Below are positions 27,951-43,232 of a stretch of DNA of 64,000 nt, one piece after another. Where the stretch lies: NCBI RefSeq assembly GCF_009914755.1, contig NC_060937.1. One strand, written 5' to 3'. Within the stretch, counting starts at the first letter, position 1, and every line of letters starts with the position of its first letter. The translations under genes and the position numbers were made by a program. The notes beneath the pieces were generated by a model. That model made no database searches and was not told the origin of the DNA. It was given only the letters and a program-made list of their open reading frames with translations. The stretch is from the human T2T-CHM13v2.0 reference genome, Homo sapiens.

Positions 27951-28454
27951 GTCAGAACAGAGATTAAATTGACAGTCAGGTCTCAATGGTCAAGAGGTCT
28001 GGGTCCAGGAGATTAGGTACAAGACTACATCCAGAGTGATTAGGATGTGGAATCACCTAAAAATAGGGCTTACACCATGGCTGCTGAAGAGTATTCTCAA
28101 AGGTGCTAATACTAATTTCTGACACTAACAGACTGTTTCACTGACACCTTCAGCAATTCACTCACTTACAGATTCCCATTCTCATTTAGTAATGGCAGCC
28201 CCAGAGTTAAAACACAAAGATGAAAGGGAACTGGAATCTAACGCTCTGCCTTGCTAACAGTAATTCCTCAAGACTTGGAATGATGGAAGCTTAAGGATGC
28301 TGCATGTGACCTTCAAAGAGATTTACAAAAAGACCAGAAAATAACAGCAAACTTCAAGGAATATAAGGCAGCAACTGTCAAAAGAGAAAAACCTCATCTT
28401 TCTCTTCTATTTAGTGCGTGAAAATCATGTTGTATGTATAGGTATTTGTGTGAG

Positions 28455-28515
28455 GATGGATAGATAGATAAGGAAGGAAGGGAGGGGAGGGGAGGGGAGG
28501 GGAGGGGAGGGAAGG
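28455..28515 (+). repeat. (GATA)/(GGAA)/(GGGGA)n purine tract
   Basis: gatagatagataaggaaggaagggaggggagggga... seen directly. Confidence 0.9.
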
Positions 28516-28655
28516 TGAGGATCTATATTATCTTTGGATACATATCCAAAGAGAGCTTCCACAAGTTCTGACCTTCACATCTAACTGTGCTTACACTATG
28601 CCTTCTTTCCTGATACTATGCACAAACACACTAGCTAAGGCCACTTATTCCCCCA

Positions 28656-28656
<1 letters not shown>

Positions 28657-28693
<37 letters not shown>
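28657..28693 (+). repeat. (CA)n microsatellite
   Basis: Seen directly. Confidence 0.95.
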
Positions 28694-28698
<5 letters not shown>

Positions 28699-28699
28699 A

Positions 28700-28812
28700 C
28701 TTGTATATCAGATGTCATGGCCTCCTGCACACTTAAGACACTGCTGTAGCAGTTCTCCCCTCTCTCTTCTACAACATCAGTTTTTCCTTCTCTACTCTAT
28801 CCTCCCCATCAG

Positions 28813-28849
<37 letters not shown>

Positions 28850-29800
28850 TTTTTATCTCTCATCCTAAAAGAATTCTTTTGACCCCACTTCCTTTTCTAA
28901 CTACTACGCCAATTCTCTCCTCCTAGATGCAGTTAAACTCCAAAAGAGTTGCCTGCATTTGCTATCTGTGATTTCTCTCCTCCCTTTCCTTCTTGAACCC
29001 ATATAACATCAGGCAATTACTCCCGCCACCCCAGCAAAGCAGCCGGTATGACTGCCACATTGCTAAACCCAACGGTTAATTCCCAGTCCCTATCATATTA
29101 GACCCATGGAGTACATTTGACAGAAGAGAGCACTTCCTCAACTTTGACATACTTCTTTCACTTGGCTACCAGGACACTTCACTGTGCTAGGTTTTCTCCA
29201 CTTCACTGGCTCTCCTTCAGACTCCTTTTCTTATTCCTTCTCATCTCTCAGAACTCTAATCCTTGGGGCTACCCAGGGCTCTATGATTGGCCCTTTCCTC
29301 TTTTCTATTTACACTTGCTCCACTTAGTCATTTCATGCAGTCTTCTGGTTTACAAGACCCTGCACCATCTGATGCCCTACTCCCTCTCTGAGCTCCTCGC
29401 CTGCCACTCTCCCTTACTCAGTCCACTCCAGCCATGTGGCCTCCTGACTGCTCCTCCACAGAGCAGGAGCCTTCCTCCTGTGGCCATGGAAGTCCTGTCC
29501 CTCTCTTTAGATCTTTACTCACCTGTTGTCTTTCCAGTGACAACTCCATTGGCCACACTCACTGAAACCCTCTCTCTCGCTTTCTCTCATTCTTTTTCCA
29601 GTCTTTCATCATTTCTTTTTCTCAGTCCTTCTCTTCCTTTCTCCCCAACCCCTTTCCTGTAAAATTTTTATCCTAAGCACTTCTCACCACTTAGCATGCT
29701 ATAATATTGTACTTTTTTATCTTTTTAATGTCTGTCTTCCCATGATAAAACAGAAGCCCTATAAAACCAAAGATTTTCAACAAATATTTGCTGAATAATT
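28700..29800 (+). mobile_element. L2 LINE fragment containing a (CA)n at 28816-28846
   Basis: 'ccacattgctaaacccaacgg', 'cactccagccatgtggcctcc', and terminal 'caacaaatatttgctgaata'. Confidence 0.75.
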
Positions 29801-30164
29801 AAACATATAAATATGTGTTGGATAAATAACCAAAAGGCCGTATTTTAAAATGCACACAAAATAAATGCAAAAATCACCCTATTTTAAAGTTCAAACAGTA
29901 TGTTCCAAATATTAGTATATCCTCCTTCTCACTTTATTTCTACTTCCTTACCAGCATTCATTCTCCATCACACCCCTCAGCTGATCATTTCCTATATTTC
30001 ATTTATTCTCTAGTCATCTGAAAGAAGAGAAGACCCTCACAGCAGACAATCCACTTTTAATTCACTGGGACTTGCAAGACAACCTCACATCAATGTTCTC
30101 ATGTGCTCCTCATTCCACTTTAATATCGCACTGTCCCTCCTTCTGTCCTCTCATACACTGAAGA

Positions 30165-30561
30165 CATTTTCCTTTCCTTTTCCTTTTCTTCTTCTTACTC
30201 TTTCCGTTCTTCCTCCCCCTCCCCTTCTTCCCCCTCCTCCTCCTCGTCCTACTTCTTCACCTTCTTCTTTTTTAAGAGACAGAGTCTCTCTCTGTTCCCC
30301 CAGCTGGAGTGCAGTGGCAGAATCACAGCTCACTGCAACCTCGAATTCCTGGGCTCAAGTGATCCTCCCACCTCAGCCTCCTGAGCAGCTGGGACTACAA
30401 GCATGCGCCACCACACCAGCTAATGTTTTTCATTTTTGTTTTTGTAGAGATAGGGTCTCGATATATTGCCAGGCTTGTCTTGAACTCCTAGCCTTAAGTG
30501 ATCCTCCTGCCTTGGCCTCCCAAAATGCTGGAATTACAGGAGTGAGCCACTGTACCTAGCC
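30165..30561 (-). mobile_element. AluJ (30268-30561) with an expanded CT-rich tail
   Basis: J-type 'ctcaagtgatcctcccacctcagcc'; pyrimidine tract at 30165-30270. Confidence 0.9.
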
Positions 30562-30736
30562 TTTTTTCTCTGATTTACAGTTATTCCTTTCATTTTGCTG
30601 AGCCCTTAATCCATCTCTATTTTGCTAGAATTCCAAATCCTACAGTATACCCTTCCTTATGTAGACCTGCAGTCATTTCTTCTCTATGGGCGTCATCTCT
30701 TTTGTAATGTCAAAAAATACATAAATTTAAATTAAA

Positions 30737-30738
<2 letters not shown>

Positions 30739-30778
<40 letters not shown>
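30739..30778 (+). repeat. (CA)n microsatellite
   Basis: Seen directly. Confidence 0.95.
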
Positions 30779-30780
<2 letters not shown>

Positions 30781-31271
30781 AGTCTTTGTTTGCTCTTACT
30801 ACTGCATTTGGTTTTGTTTTTTCCTTCCTTTTGCTACCAAACTCTTTAAACAAGAGGTAGATAGTCATCTCTTAGACACTGCTAACACCCTTACATTCAC
30901 ACATTTCACCCCCATTCTCCCAGGCTGGTCTCTGGAATATTACATTTAATCATCATTTCAGTAGAACAATTAATATTGTCTCAGTTCTTAATATTTATAT
31001 AATAAAAATTGTATGGGACATATTGTCTGCCAGGCTCCGCTCCAAACATTTTACAAGTCTGAATGGATGGTGAATATCCTTTGCTGCATTCGATCCACCA
31101 GATAATATTCTACCCACTCATAGCCACTTGGCTTGCTATGCACAGGCGAGACCTACAAACAGCAAATTTTTCAGTGCAACAATACAGCGGTTTAGAGTTA
31201 CCCAGACCTGAGAAATTTGTAGGTTCCACATTCTTGGGGAAAAATTTTTTAAATGATATAAAAAAATCTTT

Positions 31272-31575
31272 GGCTGGGCACAGTGGCTCATGCCTGTAAT
31301 CCCAGCACTTTGGGAGGCCAAGGTGGGCGGATCACCTAAGGTTGGGAGTTCGCGACCAGCCTGACCAACCCGGAGAAACCCCATCTCTACTAAAAATACA
31401 AAATTATCCAGGCGTGGTGGCACATGCCTGTAATCCCTGCTACTCTGGAGGCTGAGGCAGGAGAATCGAACCAGGGAGACGAAGGTTGCAGTGAGCAGAG
31501 ATCGTGCCATTGCACTCCAGCCTGGGCAACAAGAGCAAAACTCTGTCTCAAAAAAAAAAAAACAAAAAAACAAAA
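31272..31575 (+). mobile_element. AluSp-like
   Basis: 'gggagttcgcgaccagcctgaccaac...gagaaaccc', 'ggcaacaagagc'. Confidence 0.92.
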
Positions 31576-33167
31576 CTAAACTCTTTCTTGAGTAATACAG
31601 ATATTTATTTTCTTAGAGGAAGAATATGAGTCAGTCTATCAGAATGATTTGGTTTCTGAAAATGCCTATGTTAATTGCTTTGAAATATGGATTATGTAAT
31701 ATGACTTGGTAATTATAATCTCATATATACAGCTAATAGCTACAAAGTGCTTTTCAACTACTGTTGATTCTTACAATTACCTTATAAGACAAGAGAAATA
31801 TAATTAACTTAGAGAAAGAAAAGTCATGACACTAGCAAACAGAGCTGATATGCAAACTCAGATATTTAAAACAAGCTTACTGTCATCTCAGACCCATTAA
31901 TTTTGAGCTCAAGTTCATATTCATTTTACTTCCTCATTTATTAACAAAGATTTAGCAGAACCATAGTTTAGATTCCACAGATTTACAATCTAGCCATAAC
32001 CGTTGTGAAGTCTAAAAAGGAAACGACATTATTAAACACAAGAGGTCATCAAAAGAATTGACAATCATGGAAAGAACAATGGTCATTTTGGCTATGTATT
32101 AAATCAGATCTGCCAGATGTTTCAGCTGTATAATTTTTGTTTAATTTTAAGGAAAACACAGAAAAGAAAAAGAATGCTCAGAACCACCTACAAGCCAAAT
32201 ACTTGCCAAAATATAAACCTTATTAAATAGCAAACATAAATATATTTTATATTTCAAATACAATAGACGCTAGATTTGCGAATCTTTAAAAAAATTAAAA
32301 AGTATGTGGTTAGCTGTTTTGTTCATTCATTTGTTCATTGTTACTTCTCAGTATAACGTGCAAATCAAATATATCCTTGGCAATGATTCTGAGCACTGCA
32401 AATAATGTTATTGTACTTTCAATACAGGAATATTGTGTAGATTTAAGTTAAAGGGAAACAACAGGAACAGACTGTAGCCAATTAATTTCATTCAACAAAC
32501 ATTTATTGAGCAACTGCAATGTGCAAAACCTTGCTACAATTTGACAGAGCATACAGGTGAGGTGGGGTGCAGGATCACTGCATAGAGAATGCATTCAGTA
32601 TAGAAGGTACCAAGTATAAAAATAACCATTTACAATAGGAGTATAGGCACTAAGTACAGAAGTATGTTTGCAGGCAGTGTGTGTGAAATCAAAAAATATT
32701 TATCCAATTAGAATATATGTTCTAAAAAGAATGCTGCCATTCCTTTGTGTTAAAGGAGGCCTGAGACAGACATGGTAGGACAAAGGTACAAGTTACCTGA
32801 AATGTACTGGTTGGTAACTACTCAACAGTGGATAAGGGTAGGCATAAAACAGATATATCTACTGCTACTTCCTCCTTAGCAACTCCTCACCACAGACGCC
32901 GTGCCTCTTTCTGGTATATCTAAACAGGAACAAACATGTACAAGACTCAGTTCAAACTAGAAGGCCCTTTTCGCGAATGTTTTTTAAAGTGAGTGGTAAA
33001 CTGCAAAAGTCACAATATGAGATCCATTCCTCCAACGTTCTAATACCATAATCTGTATACAATCAAAGGCTATTTATAAAGATTCCTGGTATTTCTCTAT
33101 GAGTTGCTGGAAACAGCAAAATCATAGTTTATGAAGTTCACAATCCAACAGTGAAAATAAATGATAC

Positions 33168-33543
<376 letters not shown>

Positions 33544-34399
33544 TTAATTGGCTGGCTTGTTTAAGCCTCTTTATTTATAAGCAGGATCAGGTTGGTTCTG
33601 CAACCCATTGGCTCTGGACTTCCTCAACAAAGTCCCTCGTTTTTCTCATGACCTGCTATTAATGTAGCTCCTGCTTTCACACAAGGTATTCCACAGGCTT
33701 ATTTCACCTGCTTATAATTTATGTAAGGGGTAAATGTTTAATCCAGTTTCCTTCATTAAAACCCACAAGCTGCAAATTTCACATCTCAACAGACGTAGAA
33801 AAAAATCAGTCGGCCTCCCAGACAGTTCCATTCATTATACTAAAACAATAAAGCATATTTTTATTCCAGCCACGAATGCTGTTAATGGAGTTTATATCTC
33901 AACCTTTATTGTCTCAGCAGCTGTTTCAAAGAAGGGGCAACAGAACTGACTTAAAAAGCACCACTAGCCAAAGGCCTAAAATATTCCAGATCTTGTTGAC
34001 TATGTTTTTAAAAGACAAAGCTGTCCTGAAAAGTTTTAAGTAATCCAACTTTATCTCACCAGGGAAAAAGTAAAGAGATTCTTAAATAGGGACTGAAAGG
34101 TGTAGATATTTCGGAAATTTTACAGATTTTTCTAAAATAGGCATATTGTATTTGTGTCACAATAATGATTTCCTAATAAAGCCAGTTAAGGAGAATTTCA
34201 CAAGTTTGTCATCTAGTATAATTAATTATCAATTTTTAAAACCCAATAACTAATGTCTGAATGTAATTCCTAAAATTCAAAAATATTAATAAGAAAAAGA
34301 AAAAAACAATGATGAAGCAGGAATATAAGATCAGAAAACAAATTTGGGGAAAACAACAGAAACAAGTAATCATACACCCTTAAATGTATTTACAGCATC

Positions 34400-35140
34400 C
34401 TTAGGGAACAACATTCTGAGCACTTGAGTATTTCTTTGCCTATGACACTGAAAAAAATTATGATTAAAGAATAGACATTTTCAGATGAGAAAAAATTCAG
34501 AGATTTTACACATAAAAGCATTTTAGAGAGCTTACTTAAAGATATGCTGAAGCAAAACAAGAGAGTAAAATAAGAAACAGGAAGCCATACAATCTAAGAA
34601 ATAGAGAATCCAACCTTGAGGACACATTGCCATCAGTCCCAACTGAAACAGGACAACTGAGGGCCCTAGCTGAGGAGGATCTAGGAAATGAATGGATTTC
34701 ACAGGTTAATTAGTATGCTTGAGATGTTAGAAGAATTTAAGGGTCTGATTAAAGCAGAGAAGGCAAGAAAAAAAAATGGTAAGCAGAAACTCCAGGAAAA
34801 ACAAAAAGCTGCCAAACAAAAAAGTGTAGTCATGGCACAGTGACTCTTTAGTGAATATTTACACAGTCATATTAGCATAAAACCTTTAGTCCAGTAATAA
34901 TCAACTCCCAAAATCAACTTACAAAGCATAAATTAACTATGAACACATCACGATGTGATGATATCAATTTAAACAACACAAAAAATAAAGGGCAGATACC
35001 AGAAACTATAAAGTGGAAGCAGAGGAAAAGAGAAGGAAAGGCAGTAGAACTAATACAGAATGTAAGGGATACTCTCTGTAGCTGAAAAAGAGAAAACTGA
35101 GATAAATGGTAGAAAATGTGAAAACAGTAATATAATTATA
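34400..35140 (+). mobile_element. Ancient L1ME/HAL1-like fragments
   Basis: A-rich; 'aatagacattttcagatg', 'cttacttaaagatatgct'. Confidence 0.4.
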
Positions 35141-35204
35141 TTGTGTGGAGACGGCAAGGAGAGAAAAGATAAGTCAGTCTACAAAGCTGACAGGTCTTTC
35201 TTTT

Positions 35205-35290
35205 CCTGTTTGGCTTTTTGTTTTTGTGTTTGTTTTGATTTGCTTTGCTTTTTTGTTTTGTTTTGTTTTGTTTTTCATTTGTTTGTTTTG
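35205..35290 (+). repeat. (TTTTG)n low-complexity repeat
   Basis: Seen directly. Confidence 0.85.
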
Positions 35291-35406
35291 GAGTTGGCTT
35301 CTCTGAAATGTAAAATGAAGCATGACCTTTCCCAGAAAACCCAGTTCAAGGGAATAGTATCATAATCTACCAATGCTAAACCAGAAAAACCTAGGAATTA
35401 CCCTCG

Positions 35407-37803
35407 TATAGTAGACTAGAGATGGCTACAAATTATTCGTAGTTTTCCCACTGAAAAGTGATACTATCTGCTTCCCTGGTTAGGTGGCTGCTTTGATTAA
35501 TAGAAGCAATTAAATGAACATTTTGAGCTCTTCAAGCCGAGGTACTAAGGCTTGGCTACTTCCACTTTCCTACTCTGAAAATATCCAGCAGCTATAACAA
35601 AAGTCATGACTACCATAAGACCACCACGCTGTGAGGAAGGCCAAGCTTGCAGCATAGAGGCCAAATGGAGAGAAAGAGATGCCTGGCCAGCCCCAGGTGT
35701 TTGAGCCACTCAGTCAAGGCTCCACACACAAGAGGGAAGATCCTACCTTGGACGTTCTAGTCCTGGCAGATGCCATGTGAAGTAGACATAAGCTGTTCTT
35801 ACCAAGGAGAATTCAAATTGCAGGGTACTAAGTATATAAACGTTGTTATCATTTTAAGCCACTAAGTTTGGAGGTGGTTTGTTACGCAATGAACAAGACA
35901 AAAATCAGAATCTAGAAGTGGGTGCTGGCATAAGAAAATCTAAAACATGTGGAATTGGCTTTGGGAATGGGTTTTGTGTGGAGCCTGAAGGGCCTCGAGG
36001 AAATGGCTAGTGGGTCTGAAAGTGGGAGCTGCTAGTGAGGAAACGGCTACTGAAGGCGGGACAGAAGAAGATACCAGCTGTGAACTGGCAAACAATGAGG
36101 AAAACTGTTGTAATGTACACAACAGAGAGAGTATCTAATGAACTTGGGGGTCAACTTAAGAGGATTTCCCGACAGAAAGCTGGAAGTATAACTGGCTTCC
36201 TTTAACTGCCTGTGATAAAGTATGGGAGAAGCAAGACAAGCTAAGAAAAGCAGAAATCAGAGGGAATATAAAGGACCCAAAACGTTATGGGTCCAAAAGT
36301 AAAGCTACTTCCATCTGCAGTCCCTCTCAGCAAAAGATTTTTACAGTATAAAGTAGCCTCAGGTCAAGGACCAAAATAGGGCTCTGACAGTAAAAATGAC
36401 CCATGGTTAGTATCAAGAAAGTAAGACTCCTTTTTCTTTCTCACCTCAAAGATCTGAGGACCTGTCTCCCAGACCCACTTATCTAGACAAGGGGGTTTCT
36501 AAGACTTTAAGGGGCTGTCCCACAGCAACCTGACACCCAGCCTAAAGTAGAGAAGAACCAATCTTATCTTCAAAGATATTCTGGGTGTGACTTTTCTCAA
36601 ACAGAGTAGACTGTAATTTGATATACAGAAAGTTCTTAAAATTTGGGGGTACTACACTAGCTTAGAATAAATGAAATTAGGCGGGCGCGGTGGCTCACGC
36701 CTGTAATCCCAGCACTTTGGGAGGCCGAGGCAGGCGGATCACGAGGTCAGGAGATCAAGAATAAATGAAATAAGATCTCCCAAAATAAAGGAGGCCTCCA
36801 AACCCCCAAACTTCTATAGGCAGGAAGCATGCTAAAAAAGAGTCGGCTGCAAACATCAGCTGTTTCTTACTGGAATGGAGGGACAACACAGAGGATGGAG
36901 CCAAAAATCACAGAAAATCATTCCCAATGAGAGCTGAGGCTGAGAATTGGCTGAATTTCAGAACTGCTATGGACCAGTACCTGTTCTACGGTACTGTAAC
37001 CAACTGCCCCACATCCATTTGGAACAGGGGTGTCTACTGGGCTTATATCATCCCCATATTCCTGTTTTATATATGGGGGGCTGGGGGACAAATAACTTGT
37101 CCTTTTATTTAGTTCACACACCTCTGCAACTGAGAAACCACACCCAACCCACCTCATCTACACCCCCACGTGATTTAATGAATGCAATTCTGGTATCTGA
37201 GTCGGAGCCTGATGCTATAATGGGCTGAGACTGCCGGGCATCTTGGGAGTGAGCAACTGTGTTTTGCCTTTGAAGAAATGTAAATAATTTGTGGCCAGAG
37301 GGCAGACAGTGATGGATTAAATATGCGTCCATAAATTCTTTGATGGGAGCTATTTCCCTTCTTCTTGAATGCAATCTGGCCCTGTGGCTGCTCTGACCAA
37401 AAGAATGTAGCAGAACTAATGTTCTGGGACTTCTGCACCCCAGTATGAAGAAGGCTAACAGTTTCTACTATTGAGCTCTAGGGAAAAGCCAGCCACCATG
37501 CAGGAAGTCAGACTACCAGGAGACTGACATGCTGTAAGGCAGGTCATGCTAGCGTTGGGGAGAGACCAAAAGGAGAGCCATTCCCAGCCAGCCCCTAGAT
37601 GACACCACAAGGTCAGCCGAGGCACCACCCAGTAAAGAAGCCATCCTGAAAATTCCAGCTCTTGCAGACACTATGTGGAGTACAGATGAGCCATCCATCA
37701 AGCCCTGCCCAAATTGCAAAATAGTGGGCAAATAAACAACTGCTGTTGATTTAAGCCATTAATTAGAAAGGTGAATTGTTATGTACCCTAGAAAACCAAA
37801 ACA
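35407..37803 (+). mobile_element. MaLR element, LTR-internal-LTR (MLT1G/H-like)
   Basis: 5' LTR ~35407-35907 ending 'tttaagccactaagtttggaggtggtttgttacgca'; internal part starts 'agaagtgggtgctg...aaaacatgtggaattggctttggga'; 3' LTR ~37308-37803 ending 'tttaagccatta...ttgttatg...aaaaca'. Confidence 0.78.
36680..36760 (+). mobile_element. AluY 5' fragment (~80 bp), no tail
   Basis: ggcgggcgcggtggctcacgcc...ggatcacgaggtcaggagatc, flanked by agaataaatgaaat direct repeats. Confidence 0.9.
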
Positions 37804-37809
37804 CTTCAT

Positions 37810-38540
<731 letters not shown>

Positions 38541-40272
38541 GGGAAAGTCTCACAGGAAAAACCCAGAACAAGTTTCTAGACTCTAGATGCATATATGCTG
38601 TCACTAATTAACCACCTGACCCTGGACAAGTCACTCTAAATAAACAAGCTTTAGTTTCCTTTACATAATATTAGTGTTAGACCAAAATGAGATGATCTCT
38701 TGATCTCTCATCCATCTCTAATATGCTGTGGTATCAAAATGCTTTCAAAAATGAGTCTGAAAACAAGGAAAATATTTTCAAAAAGGAAGTTCTACATACT
38801 CCCCTTCTCCCTGACCCAGCTCTACCCTCAAGCTTGTGTGACAGCTTGTTTCCAGGATTAGTTCTCTTACTTCTTTTTAATTTCCCCCTTTCTTCCTCTG
38901 AAGTCACAGTATCTCCAAACCCCAAATCTCCCACAATCATGGGGGATTGCACAGTGGTGGTGAATAACTGATTCAATTTGTCAGTAAGAACTGTTTTTGC
39001 ATCAGATACGTCAGTCAAGGTCCACCTGCATAACTATCCTTAGTCAATGCCTGATACTACATGACCTTGGCATTAAGCAGCTTTTTCAATAGCTGAAAAT
39101 AACGTATAATCAGAAAGCACAGAGGACTTCACCTTCACAAAAGAACAGCACAATCTATTCTTTCCTATCAAGAATTATGTACAAAATAAAAAATATAATA
39201 CTCTGGCAATAAGAAATTCTCTTTTTTAGCAAGAATTAACAGAATATACAGATTAATCTACATTTTCTCACTCACAGAATGCAGTAGGTTTATTCTCCAG
39301 ATAATGAAGATGCTTTGGGGTTGATTTTTGTTGTTGTTGTTCTTGTTGTTGTTAGCTACTGGAGAATAAAGGCAACAAGTTTTAACTAGTTTTAGAATGT
39401 ATCTATCAACCTAGAAACCATAGGAAAAGCTACACTGTAAACTCCATGGAGACAGACCCTTTTTCAGTCCTGGAGACTGGAACATTTGTCAAATGAATGA
39501 AGGAATGTTTCAATTAACAGAAAATGAACATTAAGCAGTGAGGAATTATTCAAATCATGAAAACCTGTGGACTTTTGCTGAAGTGAACACTTCAAACACA
39601 AACTCTGCTTGGAATCTCCTGAAACATGTAGATCTTGAGCCCTTCCTCCTGCATCTAATGCAAAGCTGTATTAACTGAGCTCTATGTACACTGTAGGATG
39701 TGTACCACCCACCAAGGGTGCCCTAAAGTCAAGGATGAACATGGCACAGATTCTAGTAGAATGATTCTGACTTATAGACTGGAGAGTGGGGGGGTTAAAT
39801 CATTTTACTGCCAAGCTTTTAAAAACATCTTTATATTAAAATACATAAGATATATTATCAAATAAACTAAAATCTGAATTACTTCTTAATATACAACAAG
39901 GTGTCAAAGTAATTTAGAGCTTGTGGCAGACTTAAAAGGGTTTTGTCCCCCATCTCCCCGGGGATACACCTTCATTCTTCTATGCCGCAACTTAAGCTTT
40001 CGTTGAAACATGCCAAAGGACTGAATAGAACATTTCTCCATTCTTTCAATATAAGAACTAACCAAGGTTTATAATAATGATTCTGGTATAATAAATACTT
40101 CCATTCTCAGGTAATAGCTTCAAAAAAAAGGATAAGAAATTTTAAGTTGAGCAATCTGAAACATTCTCCATTTAAAAGATCATTTGTCTACCCCAATCTA
40201 TACATTTTACTTGGTACATACACTTTTACTTTAAAAACAATTTCATTTTCCATGTGGTCTTCCATCCCTAGT

Positions 40273-40273
<1 letters not shown>

Positions 40274-40319
<46 letters not shown>
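40274..40319 (+). repeat. (CA)n microsatellite
   Basis: Seen directly. Confidence 0.95.
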
Positions 40320-40323
<4 letters not shown>

Positions 40324-41499
40324 CATGCATTATCTGTGATGAAAAGATTTCTAACATCATTTTGTATAAATATTTTAATTCAGGTTAGTACAGAAAAAAA
40401 GGTATAATTTATAAAGAAGGTAAAAGTAAGAGAGATATGAGAGACTTTTTAATATCTAAAAATAGACACTGCCTAAGCACAAAAAGCAAAAATAGAGCTC
40501 ACAAGGAGATTAAGTTACATACACAAGGTGTCTGAACATCTTCCATCCCCTGTCAAAATCAGAGGAAGCTGTGAAGCCTGCCAGCCATCAGGCCCGGGTT
40601 AATGAGTTCCGCAGTCCAGTTTCACAGTATCTCTGGCATTTGCAGTCATGGGGAAAGAACATGCAGCCCCCGTGCTCCTGGGCCCCTCTCTCAAGAGTCT
40701 GTTTCAGGCATGCAGGGCTAAAATAAACCAAACCAGCAGACTGAACTGCCTTTCACCCATGGATAAAGACCTACTCCTGTCCATGGCCAGGTACCAGGAG
40801 ATCCTGGGTCAATGCATTTTTAATTCCACCGGATCCTCTACTTCACAACATGACTTTCTTTATTTTTAGGGGAAAAGTGTGTGGGGTTTTTGCAGGGGAG
40901 AAAGGATTAAGATAATTATTAGTTCTAGTTTCGCAGCTAGCAACAAAATCACTTGCTAACAACTAGTTTTTCATTATTACTAAACAAAATATTTTAATTG
41001 TAGGCTCTATTCATATTGCTTAAAGAAATTACATTCTAAATGTTTTGAGATATTCTTGTATGTTAACAGGTAGTTACAAAATGTATTATTTTTGATCTAG
41101 CAAATACCTTAAAAAATAAACGCAGGAAGTATAAACAATTTTGTTAAACAACCCCAACATTTCCAAAATACACATGCTGCTCCAAAATAAAGCAAATACA
41201 AAGAAAATGAGCTACTCCTTACTATCATTCTGTATTTTCTTTTGATATGAATTTCAATTACATTAGTTTTTATCTTAATAAATTATAATTTTTCCTCTTC
41301 CTAGTTGCATTCTACAGGATCATTACAAAAGAATACTTATTAAGTCCAATTTCCCATCTCTGTTTGTGCTTACTATTAAAAGTTTTGTGTTTACTATTTA
41401 AACAGCTCAAGAAAACTCACAAGAAAAACACAGGCTCAAGTGGGACAATTAATGTGAACAGAGACTTCTTAAGAGAAGCAGTAAAATAAACCTAATGGA

Positions 41500-42340
41500 G
41501 AAATGCTTACATGTGAACTTCATTAAAGAAATACAGATTAAATCAAGATACTAGTTTTGGGAAAGATTATGATATAAAAGATTATACACAATGCTAGAGA
41601 AAGTTCAAGGAAATCAGGTATTTATATATATAGGTGGTGTAACTGTAAATTAGAATAGGCTTTTGTAGGGGGGATATATATATATACATACACACACACA
41701 CACACACACATCTCCCCAGCAAAGGCAATAGTTACGTGAATCAAAGCATATTCATTCTGAGAAATAGTGAACAATCACTAGATTTTTTAAAAAGATGGCG
41801 CAGTAAGAAAAAGCAGAGTTCAAAACTGCATACATAGTATTATTGTAGTACTTTTTAAAAGATGTATTTGACCTTATTTCAGAATAGTTTTAGATTTACA
41901 GAAAAGGTGAAGATAGTTGAAAAAGTTTCCTTATAAATCACACCCAGTTTCTTCTATTGTTAACATCCCTCTTCAGTATGGACACCCAAATGTCCTTTTT
42001 CTGTTTCAGAATCCCATCTAGGACAACACATTACATTTAGTCATATGTCTCCCTAAGCTCCTCTTGGCTGTGACAGTTTCTCAGACGTTCATTGTTTTTA
42101 ATGACTGTGACAGTTTTGAGGGGTTCTCAAGAGGCATTTTTTTTAAATGTTTCTTAGTCAGGATTTATCTGATGTTTTTCTCATGATTAGACTGAGTGAT
42201 GGGTTTTAGGGAGGAAGACCACAGATGTAAAGTGCCATTTCTAACAACAGATTCAAGAAAAGGCATGAACAAAAAGAAGTATCACAGAATGCTAACAATA
42301 ATTATATTTGGGTAGCGAGGGACTGCGGATAATTCTTTTC
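41500..42340. mobile_element. Old L1M fragments, including an antisense L1MC-like piece at ~41855-42245 and a (TA)(CA) repeat at 41675-41710
   Basis: 'ttttagatttacagaaaag', 'ccaaatgtcctttttctgtttcagaatcccatctagga', 'ggaagaccacagatgtaaagtgccattt'. Confidence 0.65.
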
Positions 42341-42777
42341 TTCTAACTTATCTAAATCTTTTTTTAAGTATTTCACTAAAATCACTTTTTATTACTTTAA
42401 AATTAAACACCTAAAGGAAAGCCCTTAAGTTACAGTTAAAAATTGAACAAGAGTAGAACTATGTCCATCTGCTGCTGTCCCCCCTCCACCCATGCAGAGA
42501 AATGGGGATGGTTACACTTGCCCACCAGCTGCTGCTTATCCTCTATGACACCAGCAGCCGTGCAATTGATTTGACAGCTGTTAAATGACTTTTAGGTACT
42601 GCACATCTATGTGGGCCAGGGGTTGAGAAGGACAAACTATTTGGGTAGGGTTGCAGTTTCCCCTGACATCTTTCTTATGTATGGGTCATTATGTATGTAA
42701 TACCCTTACTGACACAAAAAGGGAGAATACAGCTCACCAGATCTCAGCTATATGGAGAGAAGACTATGACCTGTTAG

Positions 42778-43232
<455 letters not shown>

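Noticed and set aside
29117-29662. Longest ORF in the track (181 aa)
   Set aside because: Non-ATG start, L/S/P-biased, and lies in a pyrimidine-rich L2 relic that is naturally poor in stop codons.
32791-32810. Possible recursive splice site (catttcag|gtaact on the minus strand)
   Set aside because: Poor polypyrimidine tract and weak donor.
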